Assembly (NCBI GenBank): GCA_030264375.1
Contig: JASCQW010000119.1
Location: 6,553,271-6,617,241, forward strand
Length of the DNA stretch: 63,971 bases
Source: Carcharhinus longimanus
Lineage: Eukaryota
Direction: 5' to 3'
Within the stretch, counting starts at the first letter, position 1, and the number at the start of each line of letters is the position of its first letter. Position numbers and translations under genes: made by a program. Below the pieces are notes generated by a model. It worked only from the letters and a program-made list of their open reading frames with translations, did not search any database and was not told the origin of the DNA. Shown here piece by piece: positions 54,501-62,477 of this stretch.

Positions 54501-57500
54501 AGTGCAATGTCATGGTCCCCACGCAAATATTTGGTGACTGCTTAGGCACAAGAAACACATTTCTAGTGGGACGATTTTGTTCAATTAAGTTATTTGAGGT
54601 CTTCAACGAGGTAACGTCATGGTTGATGAATGTGTTAGGAGCGACGTATTGTATTCTCCGGCAAAACATTCTAAAATTCTAAGGCACAGGGGTAGGTCGT
54701 GGAAAGAAGATGCACTCAATATTGAAGCTGGCATGGCAGGTTTAGAAAAAAAATACGCAATATTTCAGAACATGACCATTAAAAGTAGATTTTAAACAGC
54801 AATTTTAAAATCTATGTTGAAAACATTTGCGATCACAACTTGAACGTAACACCCAAATCTGGCCAATTCGTTGTATGAAGCACGCAGAACGATTGGATGG
54901 TTTAGAAACAATTCAAAAATACAGTTCCAGCAATGTGAAAAATGTACTATTTGGATCATTTTGAGATGGTAAAATTATGAAGGAAATATGCAAAGTTATT
55001 CAATGCTAAGAAAGCAGAACAAAGAAAATAGGGTAAGCTTTCTATCGACGTTCGGATCAATACTAGAAACTTTCAGGTGCAAAGTGATTTTCAGAACAAT
55101 TAGACACTTCGTGAGTGTAAGAAACTTTTGCAGCACAAGTGTTGACGTTCTAGAATGTCTTGTCTAAGCTTATGTTGGAATCAGAATTCAGGACCTTCAG
55201 AAATCAATTGAACAATTAGGTAAAAAGAACAAAATGTGGGCTGCGAATAGCTGGGCGGTTTTGACAGCGCAAATTACAGGGACGGAATAATCGATCGGTA
55301 TATTGAAACTGTTCAATGGCTTTGATCTGTTAACTCTATGCTCCTTACGGAAAAGCATCATGTTTTATCTGAGATGTCAGCGTCTCTGAAATGGTCTGAA
55401 GTGCAATGGAACCTCCTGTTCTACAACATCCCTCCACTCCTCCCTCAAAATTTGGTGTTTCCATGTGATAACGTATGTTAATCGACTATACTTCCGCATT
55501 CAACTTTTACGGAGGAGTTAGAATGCTACAGTGGAAACGCAGATAATAAAGATTCTTGTCATTGCTATACATATGCCAGAATATAACTAGCATTGATATG
55601 AATAGGACATGAACCAACTGTGGAAACATAAATTCAATTCAGTTTTCATGTTGCTAAGAAGGAATAGAAAACACTTTTTACCTTTAGCTCTTAAATTCAG
55701 CGCCTCTTCTGTGACAATTTAAAACAATTCAAGTTGACAAAAAATAGTGACATAGATTCCGAAGCGGAGAATTGAGGTTTTTGCTGTATGTTTTGCAAAT
55801 GTACGAGATATATTTACAGGCAAGAAATAATACACGAACGGGAGAGTGTAAACAATCCACTGGCAGGCGAAACAATCAGTGACAATAAGAACATAACATA
55901 AGAACATAAGAAGTAGGAGTAGGAGTAGGCCATCTAGCCCTTCGAGCCTGCCCCGCTATTCAATAAGATCATGGCTGATCTGAAGTGGCTCAGTTCCACT
56001 TTCCCGCTTTCTCCCCATAANNNNNNNNNNNNNNNNNNNNNNNNNNNNNNNNNNNNNNNNNNNNNNNNNNNNNNNNNNNNNNNNNNNNNNNNNNNNNNNN
56101 NNNNNNNNNNNNNNNNNNNNCCCCCAACTCCATGCCCCCTAACCTTCTGAAGCAACCTTTTGTGCGGGCCCTTATCAAAAGCCTTCTGAAATCGAGAAAT
56201 ACTACATCCACCGGTCCCCCTCTGTCTACCGCACTAGTCACACCCTCATAGAATTCCAATAAATTCGTCAAAGAATGGCAGCGCAGGTTGTGCCTTCATA
56301 TCATTGCAAATGTTGGACACAAATGTCTAGTGACAATAAAACAACATAGGTCGGACACGTGAATTTAAATAGATAGTAAGTTCACAGAATACTGGTGCTT
56401 TTAAGTATTGCCATCACTGAAATAAATCTTTCCAGGTAGAGAAAGAGGCAACTTCTTGTCCTGAACAAAGAATTACATTTTTCTGTCATTCTAATGTTGA
56501 CGAGACCGACTGGACTAGCGAAATTCTTTGTACTTTTGTTTTCGCCAATGAAATACATTTTTGAGCTGATACAAATTCCATCGCCTCCACATGCGTTAAA
56601 TAACATCTACAATTTTGGTTAAGCTGGTATGTCTGTTGAAACTTGAAAGATGGATTTCATAACTCAGAAATCGTTGAGCTCTGTAAGTTGTCGAATTTGC
56701 CATTGCCTTTTGGAACCAAAATTAATAATACAAATTGTTACATTGCACGTGTTTCGTTATGATTTTTTTTAAATGCCGATTATCATTTTCATATTTCCCA
56801 TGCCTCGCAGCTGACATATTCTCCTCTTCCACCTTCCTCCCAGCCCTTGTATTTTTTCCCCCCCATTACGTTTCAATTTCCCCCTCAATGTGAGCTACAT
56901 TGCAAGATAAATGCACCGGCTGGAGAAATGTTCCCACAATTAGGAATTCAGACTTATTTCCCAGAGACAAACATTCATGGCACTCTTTCATTCCAATGGC
57001 GATAAACAGATTTAACTGCACACTGCGTTTCAATTGGTGTGGCAGAAACCTCGAAAGATACAAACAGAAAATGTTCTGTCAGTACAGGTCACTGAACTTC
57101 CTTGGCACTGTATATTTGTTTTCATTTATTTCCCACTAAGCAGCATGTCATTTCTACGAGGAGCATGCAGAAAACAAGATGGAAGTTAACGTAAACATAC
57201 GAAGATGTCCATGTTTCATTGAAATACAATGTAGGTCAGATATTCCGAGACAAGTTATTGCTGTATTTTCTCAAATTAACTGCATTGCGTGTACGAATTA
57301 CTTACTTAACATTTCTAAGGATTCTTTGCATTTTGCGTGTTCTAGAATGCCAAAACAAATCACTTATACACCTCATTTTAAACTGAAATCGTAAATTTCC
57401 ATTATGACGTAGAGTTGCATGAGACCAGATTATGGTCTTGCATTGGCTGAACTTTAATGGCGTGTAAGCTCTTCCATTTGTGGAGTTTCAATAATGATCG

Positions 57501-60142
57501 GCAGAACTCACAATGACCACACCAGTGCAGATCCGAAATTATTGGAATTCCCATTGTTCCATCAATTTGAATTATGATGTGCTGTGTGAACAAGATTACC
57601 TCCTGATTATATAAAGCATTGCATCTGTGACGACTTTGATAAAATAGTTTGCAACAATTTGCGTTATCCATCTCCACATACAGACTACAGTGTGCTTGTT
57701 ACAAGTGAAAATGAAGAGATAATGTAACTGCCAAAGTGTTTGAAACGTGGTGTGGTATCGCTTTGTTCACTATTTTCGTGAAAGATATTCAGCACAGATT
57801 GCATAGCATTAAAAGGAAAACGGCAAATCACAGACAGAATTTGGGCACATTAGAACAACTTTCTGCATAGCACCTTTGGTATAAAAACTGCCATAAAAAA
57901 GACGGGAGGTTCAACTATTGTTCCATGATCATTTGTGCCACGGTCGATTATATGATTACTAAATCGTGGTTGATGACAATATAGAAACACATAGTAATCA
58001 TCATGTATATACTTAAAGGGAATACATGTTTTGTGACTGGTTTTTGGAAATCAGATGCTTATGAGGCGATATAAATTAACAAACGAACATTTTGAAGTGC
58101 AATGTCTAACGGAGAGTTAAACAGAGGCTGAAACGTTTCTGCTCGATTAATTGTCCTTAATATTTGAACGAATGCTGAAGGAACAAGACTCTTCTTTTGT
58201 CCTCCTTTTTGAACATTTTGAGGAATATTGACATCTGTCGTTGTCTGCCAAAATAATTAGCGAACAGGCTCGATATTATGAGGCGTATTATGATGTTAGC
58301 CTTGGTGAAAACCATTTTACTTTTAGCATCAATGTAAGCATCATGTTTCCGTACCTGCTCTAGTTCTATTGATCCGTTTGGAATTTTTTATGGTAACAAA
58401 CAGCTTCTAGAAACACAGTTACACGATTTTAAAACGAATTAACAGATCCCATGCTATTTTAATACACGTAAACGTGACAATGCATCTATATTAACTGATA
58501 ACTGTCCCAATTCTATCCAATGACGGTTATTTTCCAAAATCTTCGGACTCTGAAATAGTTCCTACTGATTGGAAGATATCTAAGGTCAGCCCGGTATTCA
58601 AAAACTGAGGGAGAGAGAAAACAGTGAACTATAGACCAGTGAGCCTAACGTCAGTATTGGGAAAGTTGGATTATCATGGACTTTGTAAGTAGGTATTTGG
58701 AACTCTGTGGCATAATGAGTCAAATTCAGCATGGATTTACAAAAGGGAAATTTTGTTTGACGATTCGATTGAAATTCTTTGATCGTGCAACTGGTTGAGT
58801 TGATCTAGTGGATGTGGTTTATTTAGACTTTCAGAAGGCTTTCGACAAAGTCTCACACAACAGATTACTACGGAGACTCACAGCGCCAGAATTCGACATC
58901 GGGCTTTGGTCACAGTCTGTGTAGAGCCTGCACGTTCTCTTAATGCCTGCGCGGCATTCCTCCGGCTGCTTGGTTTCTTTTCACAGTCGGAATGATGCGC
59001 TGTCTAGGTGCATTGCTCATGTTAATTGTTCCCTCGTTCTACCAGAGTAGTCACCGGAGTGTGACGACTGTTTGATTTTCATAGGATCTTCATTGCAGTG
59101 TTAATGCAAGCCTTCTTGTGATACGAATGAATAAACTTAAAAAGTTTAATCCCTTTGGGCAGAAAAATAGAGCGAGACCTGCCTCTTGACTCTCAGTCAG
59201 CAGTCTGCAGTGGAACTCTTAAACTGCAGGAAACCTTGGTACGAGAGGGTGAGACAAAAATCCTTGCCTTTTACAGACCCTTTGATAGTGACATCATAGT
59301 CCCTGACTGCAATTTCCAGGAACAATTGTAACACTGATCCAATAAAAATAATGTATCTTTGTGTTTTCTCCCTGCAAGTTCATCTACAGTCGTTTACATG
59401 ATTGCTTTGTTTCCTGACAAACAACTCAATTAAAGCCTTCTCTGAAACCTCAGGTGACAAACCTAAAAGTAACAAAAATAAGCATTTCAGTAATTAGGCC
59501 CAATTTCTCCTCCGTAGAATCCACACTTGTGCTCTAGACTGCAGGCAATTGACACTGTAATCAATATTGAATAATAAGATAAACACTTCGTAGGAAACAT
59601 GACCCAAACGAATTTCTTGAAGGCACAGTAGCCCTTCAATAGATAAAGCTTTGACCATCAGTTTTAGGTAAAAGTTTTGATTGCCAGCTCCACATTTGGC
59701 AAGCCTTTTTACACAGAACGCAAACTTAAAACACAAATTAATTGACTGGTCGGATGGACTGGGTTTTGAAAAGTGGGCATTTTTTGGTTGATTAACCAAA
59801 AACATGAATTTCGCCCTTTCATTTGTACATGTGAATCAATTTCCTGTAATTATTTCTTTTATACTTCCTGAGATGGGTGTTTCTGTGCGTTTTACTGTGT
59901 AATCTGTTGGACAGCATCTCGGAAAATGATTTTCCATCTCAATATCACTAGTGCAATTTAACCTAGGTGTTGATCCCCAATTATGTGGTGGGACGTATTG
60001 TCGTAAAATACCTCGCCTGAGGAAAACATGCTACCACGGCACAATAGTTTCTATGCAAACCTTGATATGTGCACATAGAATGCATTCAAAGTTAACTGAT
60101 GTCAAAAGTAATTACCTTGTTCGTTTGATTTCAATTTTTTTT
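40..60142 (-). CDS. Partial multi-micro-exon gene encoding a long 21-aa-repeat coiled coil (both termini not found in window)
   Basis: 21 exons of exactly 36 or 27 nt in near-strict alternation, all phase 1-1, joining without stops: [222 protein letters not shown]. Confidence 0.85.
200..1375 (+). mobile_element. Decayed L2/CR1-group LINE, RT C-terminal fragments and 3' tail
   Basis: [17 protein letters not shown] resembles the LINE motif MQQDLDNIQAWADKW. The 3' tail aggacaattagagaggcg...ccaagccagtgac resembles the tail of the SINE at about 44020. Confidence 0.55.
2897..2923 (-). CDS. Micro-exon type B (27 nt) with non-canonical acceptor, VAKYNAKEK
   Basis: tttactcttacccat|TTGCCAAATACAACGCAAAAGAGAAAG|gtaagc. 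Strong donor, correct slot and length, but CAT instead of CAG. Confidence 0.55.
4410..4445 (-). CDS. Micro-exon type A (36 nt), [12 protein letters not shown]
   Basis: tctgtattacag|ATTTTGCGAAATTTCAACATGATTTAGACAATTTAG|gtcaga. Confidence 0.85.
5105..5315 (+). mobile_element. HE1-like V-SINE, 3' half
   Basis: V-domain-like tccaaagatatgtgggttaggttgattggccatgctaaat plus CR1-type tail ending ctatgattgtatgattctatga. Confidence 0.75.
6649..6675 (-). CDS. Micro-exon type B (27 nt), EKNLKEKNK
   Basis: cctcatggtag|AGAAAAATCTCAAAGAAAAAAATAAAG|gtatct. Confidence 0.8.
7060..7496. mobile_element. Possible decayed non-autonomous DNA transposon (Harbinger-type TIRs)
   Basis: Imperfect inverted ends gctgggaattctg ... 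cagaatctagcc. Confidence 0.3.
7606..7641 (-). CDS. Micro-exon type A (36 nt), [12 protein letters not shown]
   Basis: attgtag|AGATAGGTGTTTATCAAAAAGCTTTGACTGAGGCAG|gtgagt (the upstream tract falls in an N gap). Confidence 0.8.
8762..8975 (-). mobile_element. tRNA-derived V-SINE (HE1-like)
   Basis: Reverse strand shows a tRNA-like head (cacggtggcaaagtgttttgcagtgctatctcacagtgcc...) and the core gcattggtcatgctaaattatctcc. Confidence 0.75.
9269..9362. mobile_element. Short MITE-like element
   Basis: Imperfect TIRs gaccggaaattctcgcc / ggcggtaagcttccggc, GC-rich relative to flanks. Confidence 0.4.
9829..10170 (+). mobile_element. HE1-like V-SINE
   Basis: ggcggcataatggatagcactactgcctcacagccaggga head and cccaagatgtgcagctttggtggattggccatgc core. 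Confidence 0.75.
10546..10882 (-). mobile_element. HE1-like V-SINE
   Basis: Reverse strand: atgatggcacagtggttagcaccgctgcctcacagctgcagatatccggctcgattcccggcc head, V core and CR1-type tail. Confidence 0.8.
11653..11679 (-). CDS. Micro-exon type B (27 nt), EDKLKEKEK
   Basis: gtctcctgagcag|AGGACAAACTGAAGGAAAAAGAGAAAG|gtacat. Confidence 0.85.
13387..13422 (-). CDS. Micro-exon type A (36 nt), [12 protein letters not shown]
   Basis: cttttgcttgccag|AGCTGATGAAATTTCAGGACGATTTAGAAGATTCAG|gtgaga. Confidence 0.85.
13560..14455 (+). mobile_element. Decayed CR1 LINE 3' portion
   Basis: Degenerate RT C-terminus (ttatatacggtatttgtaaggcaacacctccagtactgcgtgcagttt, cf. LYKALVRPHLEYCVQF) and 3' UTR. Confidence 0.65.
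14600..16980 (+). mobile_element. Decayed CR1 LINE: ORF1 SGNH/GDSL esterase region then ORF2 endonuclease region
   Basis: [10 protein letters not shown]...[39 protein letters not shown] matches the CR1 ORF1 esterase pattern. VPITETCL...FRKDR matches the APE endonuclease. Interrupted by a SINE. Confidence 0.75.
15558..15900 (-). mobile_element. HE1-like V-SINE inserted in CR1
   Basis: Reverse strand: gggcggcgcagtggcacagcggttaccgttgttgcctcacagcgacagggacccgaattcaattcc, V core, CR1 tail. Confidence 0.8.
16981..18110 (+). mobile_element. Two CR1 3' fragments
   Basis: [10 protein letters not shown]...[19 protein letters not shown]...[25 protein letters not shown]; second fragment [12 protein letters not shown]...FPMVG. 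Confidence 0.8.
18735..20160 (-). mobile_element. Decayed CR1 LINE RT region
   Basis: Reverse strand [26 protein letters not shown]...VTGCL and WNSL motifs. Confidence 0.6.
19138..19215 (-). mobile_element. Penelope pLTR remnant with degenerate hammerhead motif
   Basis: Reverse: CAC-CTGATGA-AGGGGCAGCACTCC-GGAAGCTC-GTG; homologous to 62480-62575 and 42881-42978. Confidence 0.6.
21451..21477 (-). CDS. Micro-exon type B (27 nt), EGKLKAKGQ
   Basis: ttattttcaacag|AAGGAAAACTGAAAGCAAAAGGTCAAG|gtaact. Confidence 0.85.
22400..23150 (-). mobile_element. Possible highly decayed Penelope-like element fragment
   Basis: Reverse translation ...KHEFCMQH...[20 protein letters not shown] loosely resembles PLE C-termini; weak. 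Confidence 0.25.
23330..23605 (+). mobile_element. V-SINE (second tail type)
   Basis: gtcactgtctgtgtggagtctgcaggttctc...cagtccaaagatgtgcaagttaggtgtattggacatgctgaattctc; tail gcaagcctacttgtgacgaataaac. Confidence 0.8.
24635..24670 (-). CDS. Micro-exon type A (36 nt), [12 protein letters not shown]
   Basis: ttttgtctgttacag|AAGAGAAAAGGCTGTTTGAATACGCAAACGAATTAG|gtgagg. Confidence 0.8.
   Translation of the reverse strand, partial: KRKGCLNTQTN
25589..25615 (-). CDS. Micro-exon type B (27 nt), EEKLKRKGK
   Basis: cgcttacaacag|AGGAAAAGCTGAAAAGAAAAGGGAAAG|gtattt. Confidence 0.85.
26183..26218 (-). CDS. Micro-exon type A (36 nt), [12 protein letters not shown]
   Basis: tctaaatttcag|ATTTAACAAAATGTCAAGATACTTTGGAAGATCTAG|gttggg. 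Confidence 0.85.
27240..27520 (+). mobile_element. CR1 3' fragment
   Basis: gggaagttgtttccactggcgggtgaatctagaactaggaggcatggtctc...aggaacttcttg...tgtggaattc. Confidence 0.75.
27957..27983 (-). CDS. Micro-exon type B (27 nt), EDKVKVKTN
   Basis: cttcacctttacag|AAGATAAAGTGAAAGTGAAAACCAATG|gtaagt. Confidence 0.85.
28172..28207 (-). CDS. Micro-exon type A (36 nt), [12 protein letters not shown]
   Basis: atttttgttccag|ACGTAGCTAAATATACAGAGTTGCTGAAGGTGTTAG|gtaaga. Confidence 0.85.
28322..30380 (-). mobile_element. CR1 LINE ORF2 (RT) fragment, frameshifted
   Basis: [31 protein letters not shown]...[26 protein letters not shown]...[17 protein letters not shown]. Confidence 0.9.
30420..31620. repeat. 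TG-rich low-complexity region with (GT)n/(GC)n microsatellite core at about 30689-30735
   Basis: gtgtgcgtgtgtgtgtgtgtgtgtgtgtacgcgcgcgcgcgtgcgtg and about 1.2 kb of degenerate TG dinucleotides. Confidence 0.8.
32319..32441. mobile_element. Short MITE (Harbinger-type TIRs)
   Basis: TIRs gcaggaattttaccacct / aggcggtaaatctctggc. Confidence 0.5.
33046..33072 (-). CDS. Micro-exon type B (27 nt), EDKLKSKNA
   Basis: tttgttcctgaacag|AGGATAAATTGAAATCGAAGAACGCAG|gtaagc. Confidence 0.85.
35791..35826 (-). CDS. Micro-exon type A (36 nt), [12 protein letters not shown]
   Basis: gttttccctcaatttag|ATCTAGCAACAAACCAGGAAACTATAGATGACTTAG|gtaggt. Confidence 0.85.
38093..38390 (+). mobile_element. V-SINE
   Basis: cttagcactgctgcctcacagcaccaggaacatggattcgatt head; gcattggccatgctgaattctccctcag core; gtgttaatgtaagcagacttgtgacac tail. 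Confidence 0.8.
38715..38990 (+). mobile_element. CR1 3' fragment
   Basis: acgaggggtcacgtgctaagggtgaggggggagaagt...tttttcacatagagggtcgtgggggtatggaatgaact. Confidence 0.75.
39060..39233 (+). repeat. Direct repeat copy 1 (about 174 bp; copy 2 at 44670-44844)
   Basis: gtcggtccaccttgttgtc...ctagctgtgcagatac occurs twice, about 12 mismatches by hand count. Confidence 0.9.
39560..40520 (+). pseudogene. HARBI1-like DDE transposase, frameshifted
   Basis: [22 protein letters not shown]...; [20 protein letters not shown]; WLMMPLRRP...[25 protein letters not shown]...[12 protein letters not shown]; acidic tail. Confidence 0.85.
42881..43114. mobile_element. Penelope-derived palindromic insertion with hammerhead ribozyme motifs
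   Basis: Inverted arms 42881-42978 / 42982-43076; degenerate TSD ttcagtagcct (42870-42880) / tccagtatcct (43115-43125). Confidence 0.8.
42936..42975 (-). ncRNA. Minimal type I hammerhead ribozyme motif (PLE-type), intact core
   Basis: ATTCAC-CTGATGA-AGGG-ACTAA-CCCT-GAAA-GCTA-GTGAGT: CUGAUGA, stem II, GAAA, NUH (CUA), and stem I TCAC/GTGA. Confidence 0.65.
43820..44090 (+). mobile_element. SINE 3' portion with a conserved central domain (MetaSINE/MER131-like from memory) and L2-type tail
   Basis: ttgtaaagacccatctgattcactaatgtcctttagggaaggaaat...ccttacccgatctgacctacatg; tail caattagggatgggcaacaa...aataaagaaaaaaa. Confidence 0.6.
44130..44660 (+). mobile_element. LINE endonuclease-region fragment
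   Basis: [11 protein letters not shown] / [12 protein letters not shown] / HYYRAKWD motifs (APE endonuclease C-terminus). Confidence 0.65.
44670..44844 (+). repeat. Direct repeat copy 2, running into a V-SINE (about 44797-45135)
   Basis: Matches 39060-39233; followed by tgtgggtgctccggtttcctgccacaccccaaaaatgtg and the tail gggtcgaagggcctgtttcccgtgctgt. Confidence 0.85.
46000..46260 (-). mobile_element. Gypsy-type LTR retrotransposon gag zinc-knuckle relic
   Basis: [32 protein letters not shown]: two degenerate CX2CX4HX4C knuckles, followed by MMVKLELNG (protease-start-like). Confidence 0.55.
47355..47381 (-). CDS. Micro-exon type B (27 nt), RSKLKMKDI
   Basis: tttctctccatag|GATCGAAACTGAAAATGAAAGACATAG|gtaatt. 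Confidence 0.85.
48162..48197 (-). CDS. Micro-exon type A (36 nt), [12 protein letters not shown]
   Basis: ctctctcggcattgcag|ATCCCAACATCTTCCAAAGAGGCTTAAACGAACTGA|gtaaga. Confidence 0.8.
48518..48578. repeat. (GATA)n microsatellite
   Basis: Perfect agat repeats, about 15 units. Confidence 0.95.
48620..49275. repeat. Composite minisatellite: three units of (GGAT)n plus a 120-140 bp unique segment
   Basis: gattttgcatcatggtaac...tttatttatgga...tgtgaatacaa...aagggcctt...gacaacaaattgtaacatttgg recurs three times. Confidence 0.9.
50130..51230 (+). mobile_element. CR1 RT and 3' end, decayed
   Basis: [55 protein letters not shown]; (ctatga) tail. Confidence 0.85.
51557..51592 (-). CDS. Micro-exon type A (36 nt), [12 protein letters not shown]
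   Basis: gttttttttttcag|AGCTATCCGGCTGCAAGAAATATTTAAGTGATTTAG|gtgaca. Confidence 0.85.
53000..55330 (+). mobile_element. Very old CR1-like LINE remnant
   Basis: A-rich strand bias with scattered degenerate EN/RT-like segments. Confidence 0.35.
55682..55708 (-). CDS. Micro-exon type B (27 nt), KEALNLRAK
   Basis: aaattgtcacag|AAGAGGCGCTGAATTTAAGAGCTAAAG|gtaaaa. Confidence 0.8.
55888..56270 (-). mobile_element. CR1 fragment (RT plus 3' tail, gap inside)
   Basis: [27 protein letters not shown]; tail ataagaacataacataagaacataagaagtaggag. Confidence 0.85.
57306..57341 (-). CDS. Micro-exon type A (36 nt), [12 protein letters not shown]
   Basis: tttgttttggcattctag|AACACGCAAAATGCAAAGAATCCTTAGAAATGTTAA|gtaagt. 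Confidence 0.85.
58550..58870 (+). mobile_element. CR1 RT fragment
   Basis: [43 protein letters not shown]. Confidence 0.9.
58875..59140 (+). mobile_element. V-SINE
   Basis: ctcacagcgccag...gtctgtgtagagcctgcacgttctc...cttcattgcagtgttaatgcaagcc tail. Confidence 0.75.
60116..60142 (-). CDS. Micro-exon type B (27 nt), EKKLKSNEQ
   Basis: ctctgttgcag|AAAAAAAATTGAAATCAAACGAACAAG|gtaatt. Confidence 0.85.
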
Positions 60143-61774
60143 CTGCAACAGAGTTTGTACGCATTGCAATGTGAATGTAAATGAATTGTTCGTACCAAGA
60201 AGTTCAAAACAACAGTTAAAAACGTTATCCTCTCTGTATCTATATGACATCTCGTGCCAAATAATAATGAATATGTTGAACATATGAATAGGTCGACAGC
60301 CAAATGGTCAATAACACTATTTTCTCATTTTTACATCCATAAATTTCTTTCAAAACTATTTCATCTCACACAACAGGAATAACGTGTTTCTACTTTTCAA
60401 GGAACACTGTATCTTGATTGCATCTACAGATGGCAACCTGTTGTAATGATTGGCATCCTCATTGATTAAAGTTCCCACTCTAGAAGTGAAAGTAAATCAT
60501 AACTACACGGCAATTTCCCTGTTGGCTATCCGAAAATAAATGAGTACACACATAACAACGTATTTTCGACATCGACTATGTCCAACTATTCCCACTTATT
60601 TAAAAGCACTCTTTATCTCTGTACAGTACATTTCCGCAAACTGACTCACAATGTTGAAAAGGGGGCGCGGGCTCGTTGGGTCGAATGGCCTGTTTCCCGC
60701 GCTGTTGTTCTTTGTTGTTTGTACGTCCTAATGCCCCACTCATCGTCACAAGTATTGCTTTATTAATTACTGAAACATTTAGTGTAATATATATCCCTAC
60801 TATCTGCAGTTTTTGCTCCTTAACATAACTTTAATGCCACTAATTGTAATAATCAACATCATACATGTATCGTCGTTCCACTTTGGACGATAATCAGAAC
60901 ATGTTGGACAAAAATAAAGAAATTGAGAGGCCGATGGTGAAAAAAAATATTCTGGCAAACTGCTGATTGCTCCTTTTGAATATCTGTTTGGTTATTTGCA
61001 TGCTTAATAAGTTAGCATGCATCAAGAAATGTCCTTTGCCCCGGATTAGCTTAATTACTGACGTGTAAAGTGCAGGCACAGGCTATTTGTTTAGTCCGTT
61101 CTGTTTTTTTTTAAGGACATTTAATTTCCAGCGGGATCCTCTTAGTCAACATATTCAATTTCTCAGCTGCGATGTTGTAATTTGAAAACGCATGAACCAG
61201 TCATTAATACTGCATTCTGCATTGTCATCAGAATAGCATACGCATTATGTGTGTATGACCCGACACTTGTGCAGTATTTTGCTTAAATACATTATATACG
61301 CTCCATTTTATGCCTCTAGAATTGAAGGGAGTTGTTATGTTCCTGTATTCTCTGAAAAACGAACTGTGTTTGTTTTCATAGCTTTTGGAATAATTATTGC
61401 GAATCAACATTTTGCGCCCTTGTTCATATTAATATGGTTTGACATCGCTCAGTTCGAAATATACATTAAAATAGTCAATTGCCCGTTCACACAATGTAAT
61501 TATGATTATTGAAAACTCTTACCATGGCGAAGTTTCACGCTAACGGCGTGTTCGGTTTTTGGTGCCAAATTTTGCCGTTTTAACACCACGCTAGATATAC
61601 CTCGCGACAGCTCCCCGAACAAAAGGAAAAGCAAATCATGCTTTTAACGTGACATTTCTGCTGCTAATTCGTTGTTGTTTGAGATAAATTGTGATTAATT
61701 ACACACTAGCTGTGTAGCGCTTCTCTGCTTAACAATTTGTTACAATATTGTAACTGATCGCTTTCAAACCTCTT

Positions 61775-62130
61775 CATGAACATACGAATTCGAAGCAGAA
61801 CTAAGCCAATCATCCACTCGCATCTGTTCAGGTCTTTAATAAAATCAACTCTCATCTGCTTCTACCTCTCCATGTCCGATAACAGTTTATTTATTTGTTA
61901 TCTTATAACCTAGTTCGCTCTGCCTTACAAAATTAATAATCAGATACTCTGCGCCCATTGACATTTGAGGAATTGATTTCCAGAGACTCACCAAAAAAAA
62001 ATCTCGTCTCAGTGTTAAATGCACGTTGACTATAAAGTGACCTTTAGCGGTGTATTCTCGGGAATTAAGAAAAATGTTCTGCACATCCACCCGTCAATAA
62101 CCCTGAGATCATAACAAAACCGAAAGAATC
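61775..62130 (-). mobile_element. Decayed CR1 3' end
   Basis: LRRDFFLVSLWKSIPQ motif and tail. Confidence 0.6.
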
Positions 62131-62477
62131 GGTTTAACCTCCTCAGTCAATTTCCATGATGGACCATGCCGACAGCTTTGCTAAAATACTGATAAACATG
62201 AACTGAATCTCGTTTATCACACAAATGTTGCCAATCGTGGGAGGATCGTGGATCACAATTTACAAAGCGCGCTGGAATAATTGGCCAAGTGCAGGAATAG
62301 ACAGGCTGCTGTCTTAATTGATATAAAGAAATATGCTTCAGCTCCAGTGTACAGCATGCACGTGAAACAGGTATTATCAAAGAGAATGACACATTTGCCA
62401 GATATATTTGTTCACCAGAGACCGGTTCTCCTTGCTTCTTCTTAGGAGAGAATAATTTGATCTCTGTGCCTCCAGAA

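Noticed and set aside
8762-59140. tRNA-like A/B box sequences
   Set aside because: They are SINE heads followed by V-domain and LINE tails, not full tRNA cloverleafs.
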